A program made the position numbers and the translations under genes. From Glaucostegus cemiculus (Eukaryota), in NCBI GenBank assembly GCA_976551045.1, contig CDPCPM010000157.1:5084001-5148000 (forward strand): a stretch of DNA of 64,000 nt, written 5' to 3'. Position 1 is the stretch's first letter; every line of letters begins with the position of its first letter. This document shows, in pieces, positions 37,140-49,551 of the stretch. The notes beneath the pieces were generated by a model, which was not told the origin of the DNA, did no database searches, and saw only the letters and a program-made list of their open reading frames with translations.

Positions 37140-37800
37140 TTACACCACTCACCTACAAACAGGGAGCAATTTATAGCGGCCAATTAATCTATCAACCTTC
37201 ATGTTTTTTTGGGATGTGGGAGGAAACCAGAGTTCCTGGAAGAAACCCATGTAATCACAGGGAGAACATACAAACTCCATACAGACAGCACCCAAAGTGA
37301 GGACTGAACCTTGGCTGCTGGAGTTGTGAGACACCTGCACTGCCTACAGAGCCCCTGTGCATTGGAGGTAATGCAGAGAAGGTTCACTAGTTCGATTCCA
37401 GGGCTGGAGGGTTTGATGTATGAGGTACGTTTGAGCACGTTGGACCCAGGCTTATTGACGTTTAGAAGAATGAGAGCTGATCTCATTGAAACATGCAAGT
37501 TTCTGAGGGGGATTGACAGGGTGGCTCCAGACAGGAGGTTTTCCTGACTGGGGCTATCTAAAACTAGGAGCATTGTTTCAAAATAAGGAGTCAACCATTT
37601 AATGCGGAGATGAGGAAGAATTTCTTCTCTCAGGGACTCATGAATCTCTTTAATTCTCTAAGACTCATTGAATATATTCAACAGAGAGACTGACAGACAT
37701 TTAAATTAAAAAGGAGTCAGGAGATATAGGGAGAGAGCAGAAAAGTGGTGTTGAAGCCAAGATTGGATCGGCATAGCCTTCCTGAATAACGCAGCAGGCT
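37140..37800. mobile_element. Older V-SINE (minus, 37140-37350) followed by CR1 3' end (plus, 37360-37800)
   Basis: Reverse-complement V-domain; ALEVMQRRFT..RRMRADLIETCKFLRGIDRV. Confidence 0.8.
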
Positions 37801-38780
37801 CCTGTCTCAGAGCCAATCATGTTCAATGTCTTCAGAACAAGAGTGGGGAAGAACAAAAGCAGTAAATATTTTACTGGTAGAAAAGTTTTACTGTAGGGAG
37901 AGTTTTGACATTTGTTCGGCAGCAAAAAAGTTGAGGATATCACCCTCGATGGTGTGCATGAAGCCATTTTGGGAGGACGAAGCAACCATTTTGGGGGCTG
38001 TGTAGAAAGCAGCAGGTAACCAATGATACCCTTTGGTGCCTTGTCCCATGTCAGAAGGAGAGACCAAGAACCTTGCCCAGCAGAATCACAGCAAAGAGGA
38101 GATGCTACTTTGAACAACCTATCAACAAAACGCAACTGGACAAGCTGGCTCACAGGAACCAATCAACATCAATGGAACCCATCACCGTGAAGGCTGGTTT
38201 TAGTCTTTGTGTTCAGTCTGCCTACAAGTCAGTAACTGACTGTGTACAGCAGAAAGAAGGGAATGGAGGAAAGAACATGGGGAATATAAACACTGCAGCA
38301 CCGATAGTAAGGAACAAATCCCAAAGCAACAATAAAAAGCACTCAGACTCCAATTTAATCTTTATGACAGAAATCATTCCAGCCAATGAAATCCATTTTT
38401 AATCTTGTAACTTTAATATTCCTGATGAATTCCCAGTGCTTATAATTTACTGTAATAAACTCAATTTTCATAAAACACTGTATAAATATTTTATCACAAT
38501 CTGCTCCAGTTATTGTGGCTCTCAGGAATCGAATATTAAACAGAACGGAGCTGACAGTAGGAAGCAGATGTCAGGCAAGGATGTACCTGGGGCTCCACTG
38601 GCAGACACTGACAGTGTCAGCCTGGTGTCAGGCTTCTTCATCGTGAAGCCTGGAGCTGAACGGCAGGATGCAGATCGAGTGCCAGGGACTGGGGCAGGAA
38701 GCAGGCAACGTCACTGTGAGCCACTTCGTATTTTTATACCCAACTCATGTTTAGCTGGTTTAGAACTCACTTGTTGTAGG

Positions 38781-39440
38781 TCACGTCATTGATTCCAACC
38801 CATGGCATGCAGTGGCACCCACACTGAAGACTATTTGACTACATGGAGCACTGCCTGTTCCTAAAGTACAAGGGTCTGTAGAACCGTCTGTTACTATGGT
38901 GCAAGGCTCCATAGCGCCGCCTGTTCCTACGGTACAAGGCTCCATGGCACTGCCTGTTCCTACAGTACAAAGCTTCATGCCACTGCCTGTTCCTATAGTA
39001 CAAGGGTCTATGGAACCGTCTGTTCCTATGGTGGAAGGGCCCATGGCACGGCCTGTTCCTACGGTACAAGGCTCCATGGCTCTGCCTGTTCCTTCAGTAC
39101 AAGGCTTCATGGCACTGCCTCTTCCTATAGTACAAGGCTCCATGCCACTGCCTGCTCCTACGGTGCAAGGCTCCCTGGCACTGCCTTTTCCTAAGTTAGA
39201 AGGCTCCATGGCACTGCCTGTTCCTACAGTAAAAGGATCCATGTCATCTCCTGTTCCTATAGTAGAAGGCTCAATGTCACCGCCTGTTCCTACGGTACAA
39301 GATCCCATGGCACTGCCTGTTCCCCTGGATATCCCTGCACAATGTTGCTTTGAGCCTGTACCCAATAAACAGGCAGATCCATTGAACTTGTACTGTCTAA
39401 CAGCCAATAAACACAGAACCAAGCCTCGGGCAATGTCTCC
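38781..39440 (-). CDS. Candidate terminal coding exon, 219 codons, with 11-aa repeats (TVGTGSAMEPC)n; product unknown
   Basis: Acceptor with branch-point-like ctaac, pyrimidine tract and CAG directly before 39440; frame open to TGA at 38783-38781. No homolog recognised and no upstream exon found. Confidence 0.3.
   Translation of the reverse strand, partial: GDIARGLVLCLLAVRQYKFNGSACLLGTGSKQHCAGISRGTGSAMGSCTVGTGGDIEPSTIGTGDDMDPFTVGTGSAMEPSNLGKGSAREPCTVGAGSGMEPCTIGRGSAMKPCTEGTGRAMEPCTVGTGRAMGPSTIGTDGSIDPCTIGTGSGMKLCTVGTGSAMEPCTVGTGGAMEPCTIVTDGSTDPCTLGTGSAPCSQIVFSVGATACHGLESMT
38848..39324. repeat. 33-bp minisatellite, about 14.5 copies
   Basis: Consensus cctgttcctacagtacaaggctccatggcactg; no indels between units. 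Confidence 0.95.
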
Positions 39441-40093
39441 CTGAGAGATGGGGAGAAACCCAGGGAGTTAGGGAAGAAATGACAGGGAGTTAGGGAAGAA
39501 CAGGGAGGGTAACTCCCTTGTTGGGAGTGACTGTAAGCAACAGCACGTTCTGCAAATCACAGGCCTGTAGCAAAACATTAAGTAAATCAGATCACATGTG
39601 TGTTGTGTGCAGGACCAGGGCAGACAATGTGCCTGTTAACCACTGGAGTTTTTCATCTCATGAAAACATTGCAATCTGATCCGGGCTGCTTAAACTCCCC
39701 ACTCGAAGCCTCTCTGCGTGCCAAACACTGCAGTTCAATTGGAGCTGTCAGGATGAATAACGTCTGCCTGTCTGTTGCTGCAAAGTGATGTTTTATTAAA
39801 GTCATCGCGCAGGCACTGGGTTTGAACCAAGAGATTATCAGGAGACGCCTGCTGTCTGTGATGGAACAAGAAAAATGCCCACTCCTACCCCAACAAATCA
39901 CAATGGCAGTGAGGAATTCTCCCAGGATACCAAAGGGAGCCTTCGTACCTGGCTTCCAGAGAGATAATTAGCACAACTAGACAGGCATAAAATGGGATTC
40001 CATTTCTCTGCGACCTGAGCATTGGTTGTGTAGTCACTTTGTAGTCTAATTATGGGTTAGTCCAGCAATGGTTACAACAACAACAACAACAAC

Positions 40094-40760
40094 TTGCATT
40101 TCAGAATCAACCACGTAAACACCACGGCCAAGAAAGCTCACCGGCGCCTCTACTTTCTCAGGAGGCTAAAGAAATTCGGTATGTCCTCTTTGAGGCTCAC
40201 CAACTTTCATCGATGCATCATAGAAAGCATCCTATCTGGATACCTCACAGCTTGGTACGGCAACTGCTCTGCCCAGGACCACAAGAAACCGCAGAGAGTT
40301 GTGGACACAGCCCAGTGCATCACGGAAACCAACCTCCCCTCCAAGGATTTTGTCTGTACCTCTCGCTGCCTCAGTGAAGCAGCCAGCATAATCAAAGGCC
40401 CCACCCACCCTGGGCATTCTCTCTTATCCCCTGACCCATCGGGCAGAAGATACAGGAGCCTGAAGGCACATACCACCAGCCTCAAGGACAGCTTCTATCC
40501 TGCTGTCATAAAACTATTGAATGGTTCTCTAATACAATAAGATGGACTCTTGACCTCCCAATCTACCTTGCACCTTATTGTCTATCTGCGCTGCACTTCC
40601 TCTGTAGCTGTGACACTTTACTCTGTGTTCTATTATTGCTATACCCTGTACTACCTCAATGCATTGTGTAATGAATTGATCTGCACAAACAGTATGTAAG
40701 ACAAGTTTTTCACTGTACCTCGGTACAAGTGGCAATAGTAAACCAATACCAATACCAAAC
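40094..40760 (+). mobile_element. Rex1/Babar LINE 3' fragment with open ORF end and UTR
   Basis: AKKAHRRLYFLRRLKKFGMS..IESILSG..AWYGNCS..HPGHSL...PSGRRYRSL..TTSLKDSFYPAVIKLLN; (TACCAA)n tail; preceded by (CAA)n. Confidence 0.95.
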
Positions 40761-41059
40761 CAAGCTAGCTTGCCTTTATCCAGTTTACGACATCCAAAAG
40801 ATATTGTAAAATACCTTCACCCAGAAAAATGTCTTCAAGAGGCTTCACACCCCTAGGTTGAGCGAGTGCCAGGAATCAGAAGGATTTGGTATACTTCTAC
40901 CAGTATCTCCCATGAAGGTGATGCTTTGAGAGAGAGTTTACTGGACACTAATGACATTGTTCATCATTTTAAGCATTTTGAAAGGTGGCATTGAAGTAAA
41001 ATGCTGAGATATCACTGGAAGGTCATCAGCCTCTGTCAAACTAGGAACCGTGTGGAATA

Positions 41060-41640
41060 GAATAGCGAGATAGGGGAGGAGCAGAAGGAGAAAGGGAGGA
41101 GGGGAGTGGGTTAAGAGAAGGTGAGAGAGAGTGAGTAAAGACAGCAGAATGTGAAGGACAAGTAAATAAAGAGTGAGGTGGTTAGGTGGGCAAGATTGGG
41201 AGAATACTGGTCAGGAGGGATAAGGAACACAATATAAGGCAGGAAGAGAGGAGGCAACAATCTCAAGCAGGGGGTCAGGTAACATGGAGAAGGAGGATGT
41301 GTGAAAGTACAACGGGGGGAGGGGGACGGGGAGAGAGAATGCAAGGAGTGCAAGTGGATGGAGAGTCAGCACAGGGAAGGAGAAAGAGTGCCAGATTAAA
41401 AAATAGAGAGGGTGGGCAGAGAGAAAAGAGGAAGGAAGCTGGAGGAAAGGAGAATGGATAGGAAGAAAAGGGGCAAGAGGGAGGGAAGAGAAGGGAGGGA
41501 GATGGGGGGAGGGAGAAAGGTAGAAGGGAGGGAGGAGGAGTAGAAGAAGGGAAAGAGAAAAAAAGGGTGGAGAAGGAAAAGATCAGTCAGGCCAATGAGC
41601 AAAAGAGAAAAGAAGGGTGAAAGAGAGAGAGAGAGAAAGT
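41060..41640 (+). repeat. Long purine-rich low-complexity tract
   Basis: Strongly A/G-biased over about 580 bp. Confidence 0.85.
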
Positions 41641-42424
41641 AACATTGAGATTCCTCTCAACACCGACATCACTCAAGTGAATGAACATAAACCTCAAGTG
41701 CCTGAGCCTGGTCTCTCACCTGAGACAGAGGATGTAACACCAAGTCACCACTATTGATGTAGGTTCCATGAAATATCATGTGGCATCAACCCTGATTATA
41801 AAGCTTTCAATGTATCTTTATTAAACATTCCTGAATTAAACATCGCTGTAATCCACCATTCTGAGACTAATTTTGCAGCAAATTAGCAACTTTATAGCTC
41901 TAACCACCAGCCCCATCTTCCCCTGTTGCTGATAGGGTCCTGTCCCATTGGTGTTAGCTTTCCATTGGCATCTTATCCAAATGAACATGCCTTCCCCATG
42001 GGAATGAAGTCAGGAAGAGCTGGCCAGCAGTTCTGCCATGGGGACTGGGCATTGTTAAACATTGCGCTTTTAAATTCTATTTAAGATTGGAAGTAAATGT
42101 TCTTGTTCAACAGAAAAGAGCAAATTACAGAAATCAAAGCTACAAAGATAAATACTGAAGCAGCTTGTGACTGATGAATTGTTAGTGACAGGCTGCAGTG
42201 AGCGTGAAGCCAAACTAGAACGTTGGAACATGCTGCACATCTGCCAGTCAACTCCAGGAAGAAGAAACACAGTCCTGTGTGTTGGGTAAGAGTCTCGATC
42301 TTCAGGGGAACATACATGGTGAGACTGCACACACAGCTTGGGCAAAGATTACCACCTAAATTATAAAGCAGCCTCTGCTCTTCCAGTGTGAGCCGATAGC
42401 AATGCCTGGAGCACTCTTCAACCT

Positions 42425-42650
42425 GAAGCCTGACCTCTCTTTCTTTCTCTGCTGATGCTGTTTGACCAGCTGAGTGTTTCCAACTTCTACCAACGCACGC
42501 AAAATGCTGGAGGAACTCAGCAGGTCAGGCAGCATCTACGGAGGGAAATAAACAGTCGACGTTTTGGGTCGAGATGCTTCATCAGTTCCTCCAGCATTTT
42601 GTGTGTGTTGCTGCAGAGTCCAGGATCTGCAGAATCTCTCGTGTCTCCAA
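42425..42650. mobile_element. Penelope-derived elements with a decayed minus-strand hammerhead motif
   Basis: Minus strand reads ctgatgaagcatctcgacccaaaacgtcgactg; arms aaaatgctggaggaact / agttcctccagcatttt. Confidence 0.7.
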
Positions 42651-42769
42651 CTTCTCCTGTGCTTTGTTAACTAAAGCAGGTGGAGGGATTGGGCACTATG
42701 GGGACAAGGATTGTAATCTGCCGGTTCCCAATTAAAATCTGTCTGGCTGCAGGCATGACGAAATGTCAT

Positions 42770-43010
42770 GGTATTGGTATTGGTATTATTTACTATTGTC
42801 ACTTGTACCGAGGTACAGTGAAAAGCTTGTCTTACAAACCGATTGTACAGGTCAATCCATTACACAATGCAGTTACATTGAGTTAGTACAGAGTGCATTG
42901 ATGTAGTACAGGTGAAAACAGTAACAGTACGAGTAAAGTGTCACAGCTACAGAGGAAGTGCAGCGCAATAAGGTGCAAGGTCACAAGGTAGATCGTAAGG
43001 TCATAGTCCT
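42770..43010 (-). mobile_element. Rex1/Babar 3' UTR
   Basis: (GGTATT)n followed by the reverse complement of the 21490 family. Confidence 0.88.
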
Positions 43011-43699
43011 CCTTACTGGATTCACCAGTGATTATATTGATCAGACTGCAGAGGGGCACAGCAAGTGGGGCTTGCTCTGCGGAGTTTGCACATTCTCTGT
43101 TTCTTCTGGGTGCTCCAGCTTCCTCCAAGATCCCAAAGATGTGTGGATTAGTAGATTAATTTGCCACTGCACATTGCTGCTTGTGGTGAGTGGTGGATTC
43201 TAGAGGAAATAGATGGGAATGTAGGGAGAATAAAATGGGATTAGTATAATGAGTGTTTGATGGTCAGCATGGATTCGGTGGGCTGAAGACCTTGTCTCCA
43301 TGCTGGATGACTCTATGACTAGAATACTGATATTAGCCTTTCATTCCAGATTTAATGACTGGAAATTTAAGGTCCCCAATTGCCTTGGTGTTTCTGGATC
43401 AATAGCCTATGTCTCCAGTTCCGTATCCACTGATTTAGTACTGAGGCCTACTACAGGCTGGAGGAAGCAGTTGGGAGATGAAACCTCACCGACGTAACCC
43501 TCCGGGGTGTGTCCAGTCTTGGCAGCTTCCTTTCCCTTTGTCATTTCCACAAACACTTGGGATTTTCACTGACCATGAACCCTGACTAACAGATTACATC
43601 ACTGATAAATACCCTTTTGTAACCATTGACTGCCAGAGATAATTCCAAGATGTCTGGGGGCATTGGGGTGCAGGTGGGGGGGGGGAGGTGTCGCTGAAT

Positions 43700-44085
43700 A
43701 CTCATAGAACATCGAACAGTAGAGCACAGGAACAGGCCCTTCAGCCCACAATGTTGTGCCGAATTAAGCTAATAACACCTAATCCCTTCTGCCCACACAA
43801 CATCCATATCCCTCCATTGTCTGCACATTCATGTGCCTATCTAAGTGCCTCTTAAACATTTCTACTGTATCTACCTACCCCACTACCCCGGCAGCCGTTC
43901 CAGCCACCCACCACTCTCTGTGTAAAAAAAACTTGCCCCACAATACCGCACATCTCCTTTGAACTTTCTCCCTCTCAACTTAAATGCATGCCCTCTAGTA
44001 TTAGGCGTTTCAACCCTGGGAAAAAGATACCGGCTGTCTACTCTATCTATGCCTCTCATCATTTTAATAATCTTCTGTCAGGTCC
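43700..44085 (-). mobile_element. CR1 3' end
   Basis: catagaac..acaggcccttcagcccac tail in reverse and CR1 ORF2 end. Confidence 0.85.
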
Positions 44086-44334
44086 ACTGTTACTGTCAAC
44101 TTTTATTCACCCCGATTACTTTTTTTCATTGACCCAATTGATTTAAGAGCATAATTATAGGTTGGGAGGATTGTGTAACCCAGGATGGGAAAGGCTTCTG
44201 TGCTCCTCCTTCCTTGTTAAACAATAGCCAATCCCTTGTTACCTTAGAGAAATTCTATAACCCCGGCTGTGTGTGCCATGCTCAGTGCATGGGACAAGGC
44301 TTCACTTTTACTTTCTTTAAGGACCAGGCTTCGT

Positions 44335-44675
44335 TATAAGATATTTATTTATTAGTCACATGAACATCAAAGCACACAGTGAAATGTATCTTTTTGCTTT
44401 ACTGAGAAACACACAGTGAAATGCATCTTTTTGCATTACTGAGAATGTTCTGGGGGCAGCCCGCAAGTGTCGCCACGCTTCCGGTGTCAACGTAGCATGC
44501 CCACAGCTCCTAACCCGTACATCTCTGGAATGTGGGAGGAAACCGGAGCACCTGGAGGAAACCCACACAGATACACAGGGACTACCTACAAACTCCATAC
44601 AGACAGCCGCCGGAATTGAACGCGGGTCGCTGGCCCTCTAATAGCGTTACACTAACTGCTACACTGCCTTGCCAC
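44335..44675 (-). mobile_element. V-SINE with Rex-like tail containing an internal ~37-bp tandem duplication
   Basis: acacagtgaaatg(t/c)atctttttgc(t/a)ttactgagaa occurs twice at about 44373-44445. Confidence 0.88.
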
Positions 44676-46267
44676 CTTACTGATATGGGCTGGTAATGGC
44701 TGATTGGTGGGGTAAGCAATAGCACAGCAGGGTACAAGGTCACTCAAGGTTACCAACACCGCACAGCTGTGAGAAATGGTCACTCTTCCAGAAGTGACAA
44801 TGTGGGATTAATTGTAAAGGTTACAAAAACAGAAAAGGTTGGAAATACTCAGTAGGTCAGGCAGCATCCGTGGAAAGAGGGGCAGAGGTAGCGGCAAAGA
44901 CCCTTTGCTGTGAAGGTTCTTTGCTGACCACTTTGGGCCTACCTGACAGAGTCTTTAGTTCCCCGCTCTGTGTTTCCTTGTCCTTTGAAGGTAACGGACA
45001 AGAGCTGTGCTGGACCACAATGGCCAGGAGCAGTTGAAGCCCCTTCAAATCAGTGAAACTTTAATCACTTTAATCAGTGGGTCAAAGGGGCTTTAGTGAA
45101 CTAGATCAGGTTCTTACACTTCTGGTAGCTTTGTGGGCGCCATTACTGATATTGGGCTAAAACTTAAATTGCCCTGCTGCTATGGTGGGATTTGAACTGC
45201 TGTCTCCAGAACATTGACCCAGGCTACAGATTACTAGTCCAGTAATTTAACCATTACACTACACACCTACTCAGCTTAGGTCATTAGAGCCAGGGGCTGC
45301 CTTCAGAGCCAATGGCCAGGAGTGGCAGAGGGTGAGGCAAAGTTGGTTGGAATATCAAACCTACTGGGTGACCCCTGCTGGGAAGTGTGGACTGTAGCGC
45401 AAGAATTGTACCAGAGTTGAGTGACACCGGTGGTTCAAATGGAGGGTTGTGAGGCAGATTGGAATACCTTCCATAACAATGCAACCTGTGAGCCATCCAG
45501 TTTAGTACAGAACCAGGGTACAGAACAGCTGGGATGTTTAGAGAGTCAGTCACAGCTCTGTGGGTAACTCTCTTGCCTTGAGTCAGAAGATTGTGGATCT
45601 ACGTCCAACTCCTCAGATTTGGGGTAACTGAGGGAATAAAAACAGACGATGCTGGAAACTCTTAGCAGGGCAGGCAGCGCCTGTGGTGAGAGAAACAGAG
45701 CTCATTTTCAGATCAAAGACAATTTGCACCTTCTGCATTTTGTTGCATTTTGGTGGGGGGAGGGGATGGTTGGAGGGGTTGACTCATGCACGAGATGTTG
45801 ACTGAGGGACATCCCTCAGGAGAGGCTAACACGGATTCATCAGGCAACACTGTGGAGGCAGAAACAAAATTGCAAATAGAATCATAGAGTCACACAGCAT
45901 GGAGACAGACCCTTTGGTCAACTGGTCCATGCTGACTGTGTTGCCCAGCGAGCTAGTCCCATCTGCCCGCGTTTGGGCCATAGCTCTCTTAACCCCTCCT
46001 ATCCATGAAATGCTGGAAATATTCTGCAGGTCACAAAGCACAAAGACACAGAGTTTCAGGTTCTTGGGCAATAACTGGGTCAGGGTCACCGGGTAACCCA
46101 CTGTCTCAATCTTTCCCCTTTCAGCTATCAGGCCAGGGGGGCACAAAGTAGATCGGCTGAACAGTTTACCCACACCCAGTACACTAGCACACCACCCCCC
46201 CCGCATGACCAGTCGTCTTGTCAATGTCATTTCGCTCTGACAAATAGCTTTAAGCGAGAACCATCTT

Positions 46268-46270
<3 letters not shown>

Positions 46271-46313
<43 letters not shown>

Positions 46314-46360
46314 CTGTGTCATTGTGTGTGCGCACACGAGTCAGTGTGTATAAGTGCATG

Positions 46361-46423
<63 letters not shown>
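46271..46423. repeat. Two (TG)n microsatellites
   Basis: About 20 and about 29 units, directly visible. Confidence 0.97.
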
Positions 46424-46425
<2 letters not shown>

Positions 46426-46910
46426 CCAATTAGCGCACCATTGTGGTCCTGGACCCAGTGACAGCACGGAGCTGTCTGTGCGAGTGGTGAGGGACACAAA
46501 GCGATCCGACAGCAGCTGGAGAGCCGAGCTGTTCGTCAGGTGGACCTCCTGGGTCCTGGAAGCCAGCTGGTGCCAGGCTGGTTGACAACAAGAGTGGTAG
46601 ATCTACAACAATACCCCATCTGCAGGGGGCTCCTCAAGGCCACAATGCCCTACAACACAAACCCGGCATGGACTGCTCAGGCAACCGCCCACACGCCATC
46701 CGTCAATAAAACTGGAGAAATCACAACACATTAATTAATCTCTGAGTTTGACAACTGAAGGGTACGGGACACAGGCAGTCTCCATCTGTGCAGATAATAA
46801 CCTCTGCCCTGTAACCTACACATATATTGGAACAGTATATTAAACAGTAAATCTTAAACCTGCAACTTCCAACTGAAATGATGGCAGCAACAGAACAGAG
46901 TCTATTGATT

Positions 46911-47851
46911 GAATTCAAGTCTGTAGCTTATATTGAGGTATCACTTACTCTATATAAAACCTATCCAAGTGCCTTGATTAGATTCTAGCCTGCAACTCAA
47001 GTCTGTTACTTGGGATATCACCGATGCAAATCCCTTAACTTATATTAATGAGTGGAGCTTTCTCCTGTAAATCTCATCTCTGCAGTTACAAGATCCGAGG
47101 GCTCGGGCCCTGTGATGTTGTTTGGTTCAGATTACAGTTTGTGTATGCAGCAGGGCTGGATTAGACAACTGATAAGAATTATCAATGTGTCTACAATGGG
47201 CAATTGCATTATCTGGGACGAGTCTGCAGTGTAGTACTGAGGGAGCGCTGCAGAGTTAGAGTCGTGTCATTCAAGTAAGGCTTTAATCAAGGACACCATC
47301 TGCCCCTCTCAGATGGAGGTAAAGGATGCACAGGCACCATTTTGAAGATGACCGGGAGCCATCCCTGACATCCTGGCCGATATTATTGGAACAGTAGCAC
47401 AGCTGATAGAGCTGCTGCCTCACAACTCCTGAAACCCAGGTTCGATCCTGACCTCCAGCACTGTCTCTGCGGGGTTCACACGTTCTTCCCGTGACCCTGG
47501 GTGCTCCTGTTTCCTCTCACAAGGCGGGTGAATTTTGAAGCGATGGTTGCATTGAGGCTTAGGACTGGACAGAAGGGTGGGGAGGACAATATCGATCGGA
47601 TTCAAGTCTTTAGTTCATTCTGAGGTGTCACTTACTCTGTATAAAAGCCAGCCAAATGCCTTGATTAGAGTCTAGCCTCTAATCCATCTATTCCTTGTGC
47701 TATCATCTATGCAAATCCCTGAATTTATATTCCTGACTGGAGCTCTCTCCTGTAAATCGTTAGTCTTTATAGTTACCACATCCAAGGGCTAGCGCCCTAT
47801 AATGTTGTCCAGCTCAGATTACAGTTTGTTTTTCCAGCAGGGCTGGATTAG
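46911..47851. repeat. Diverged direct duplication of a ~250-bp block (46911-47164 and 47596-47851), separated by SINE remnants
   Basis: Colinear shared blocks tcacttactct.tataaaa, tgccttgattaga, atgcaaatccct, tctcctgtaaatc, cagattacagtttgt, cagcagggctggattag. Confidence 0.92.
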
Positions 47852-48177
47852 TAAGTAAATGAAGAGGAAGGAAAAAACTTTCACAGCATCGGTTATAAGG
47901 ATGGAAGGCCAAAGGGTCTCGGGAGGTTGGTTCGAGGGAATTGGAGAGCAGCAGGGGATGGACAACACTGGGGGGGAGGAGGGGTGGTTCTGACGCAGGG
48001 TTTCAACATGAAACATCAGCAATTCCTGCCCCCCCCCCACACACACAGATGTTGCTCGACCCGCTGAGTTCCTCCTGCGCGTTGTTTGTTGCAACGTAGG
48101 GAGGCTGGGATGGCTCAGGGCAGGTGGTCTGTACGGTGTTGGGAGTGGGTGCACGAGGATTTGAGGGACATTACTTT

Positions 48178-48490
48178 GGGGCGGCACAGTGGTGCAGTCA
48201 GTAGAGCTACTGCCTTGTAGCTCCAGAAACCCCAGTTCAATCCTGACCCTGGCTGCACTGTGTGGAGTTTGCACCTTCTCCACTTTAACCTGCCTGCACT
48301 CCCTCTGGCTACTCTGGTCTCCTCCCGCATCCCAAAGACATGCACATTGGTAGGTTGACTGGCCACTGTAAATTGCCCCTGGTGTGTAGGTGAGTGGTAG
48401 AACCTGGGGGGAGTTGGTGAGATTGCGACGGAGATTAAAAAATGGGATTAAAGTAGGATTAATGCATATGAGTTGCTGATGGTTGGCAAT
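48178..48490 (+). mobile_element. Older long V-SINE
   Basis: ggcggcacagtggtgcag head, gttcaatcc B-box, V-domain. Confidence 0.85.
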
Positions 48491-48639
48491 GCTCCAAAAG
48501 GATTATTGCACTGAAAATAGCAGCCTTCCATGAATGACTGATACAGAAACTGCATCAGGGTACAAGGAGGTTCACATGAGGAAGTGCCCAGTCAAACTTC
48601 AAGCATTATATCTCCTGGAAATGCTGACTGCTGCACAAC

Positions 48640-48840
48640 AAGAGACCACAGATGCTGGAAATCTGAGATAAAAACAGAAAATGCTGGGGATTCTCAGCAG
48701 AATGGGCAGCCTCCACAGAGAGAGAAGAACAGAGTGAGCGTTTCAGATCAAGAACCCTTCATCAGACTTCGCCCACCTGCTTCCCTCTCTACAGATGCTG
48801 CTTGACCTGCTGAGTATTCCCAGCATGTTCTGTTTTTTAT
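48640..48840 (-). mobile_element. Penelope-derived hairpin element
   Basis: Arms ataaaaacagaaaatgctggg / cccagcatgttctgttttttat; minus strand ctgatgaagggttcttgatctgaaacg. Confidence 0.7.
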
Positions 48841-49551
48841 CCTAGTGGCTAATGCATTTCACTCAGGAAATGGAATTGATTTTCATTTTCATAACATCAT
48901 GCAATTGAATTTTTAGGCGACAGGATTAAGAATGTGAAAGAAGTTGTCTACAGAAGCTGAAAGGACTGCTGCATTAAAACAGCCTTCCCAATGCCCTTCA
49001 CACCCAAGGGAGCCCAGAGCTGCTGTTACTGTTCTCTGGAGATAACCAGAGGCAATTATAGACTGATGCTGCTTCCAGTAATTTTCTATGGGGCCGGCTC
49101 GCACAGGTTGCGATGTTATATCCTGGGTTTGTAGCTGGACTGTAGCCGTGAATCTGATGGGAGATTCATCAAGAGATACCCCCACCAGATCCTGGTACCT
49201 GAACTGCAAGAGGAGCAAAATGAAAGGGCAGCAGAATTCCCAGCGGCAAAAGGAGAAAAGGTATCCCAATGAATATCAGAGAAAAGGAATCACAATAAAT
49301 CCCAAAGAACTCCTGCATGAGACCAGGGTGCACTGGCTCCTAGATTCTGGGGCTGTGGTTCAGTGGCCTAAAGCAAGATTCCATCATCATGGCCATTACT
49401 TAAAGCAAGAATAACTAATTTCTAAGTATTACTTTTCCTGTTTATAAAGATCCCATGGAGATAATAAGTTGCAAAATCTTGAGTTGCCAAATAATATGAT
49501 AAAAATATGGCAGTATTGCTTCTTTAAAACACAATACGTCTATGTTTATAG

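Noticed and set aside
38848-39324. 33-bp array (and the 45-bp array at 59941-60214) as a CRISPR array
   Set aside because: Head-to-tail tandem units with no unique spacers, no cas genes, and a eukaryotic context.
45826-46585. ORFs with (HT)n and (CV)n runs
   Set aside because: Translations of (TG)n microsatellites.
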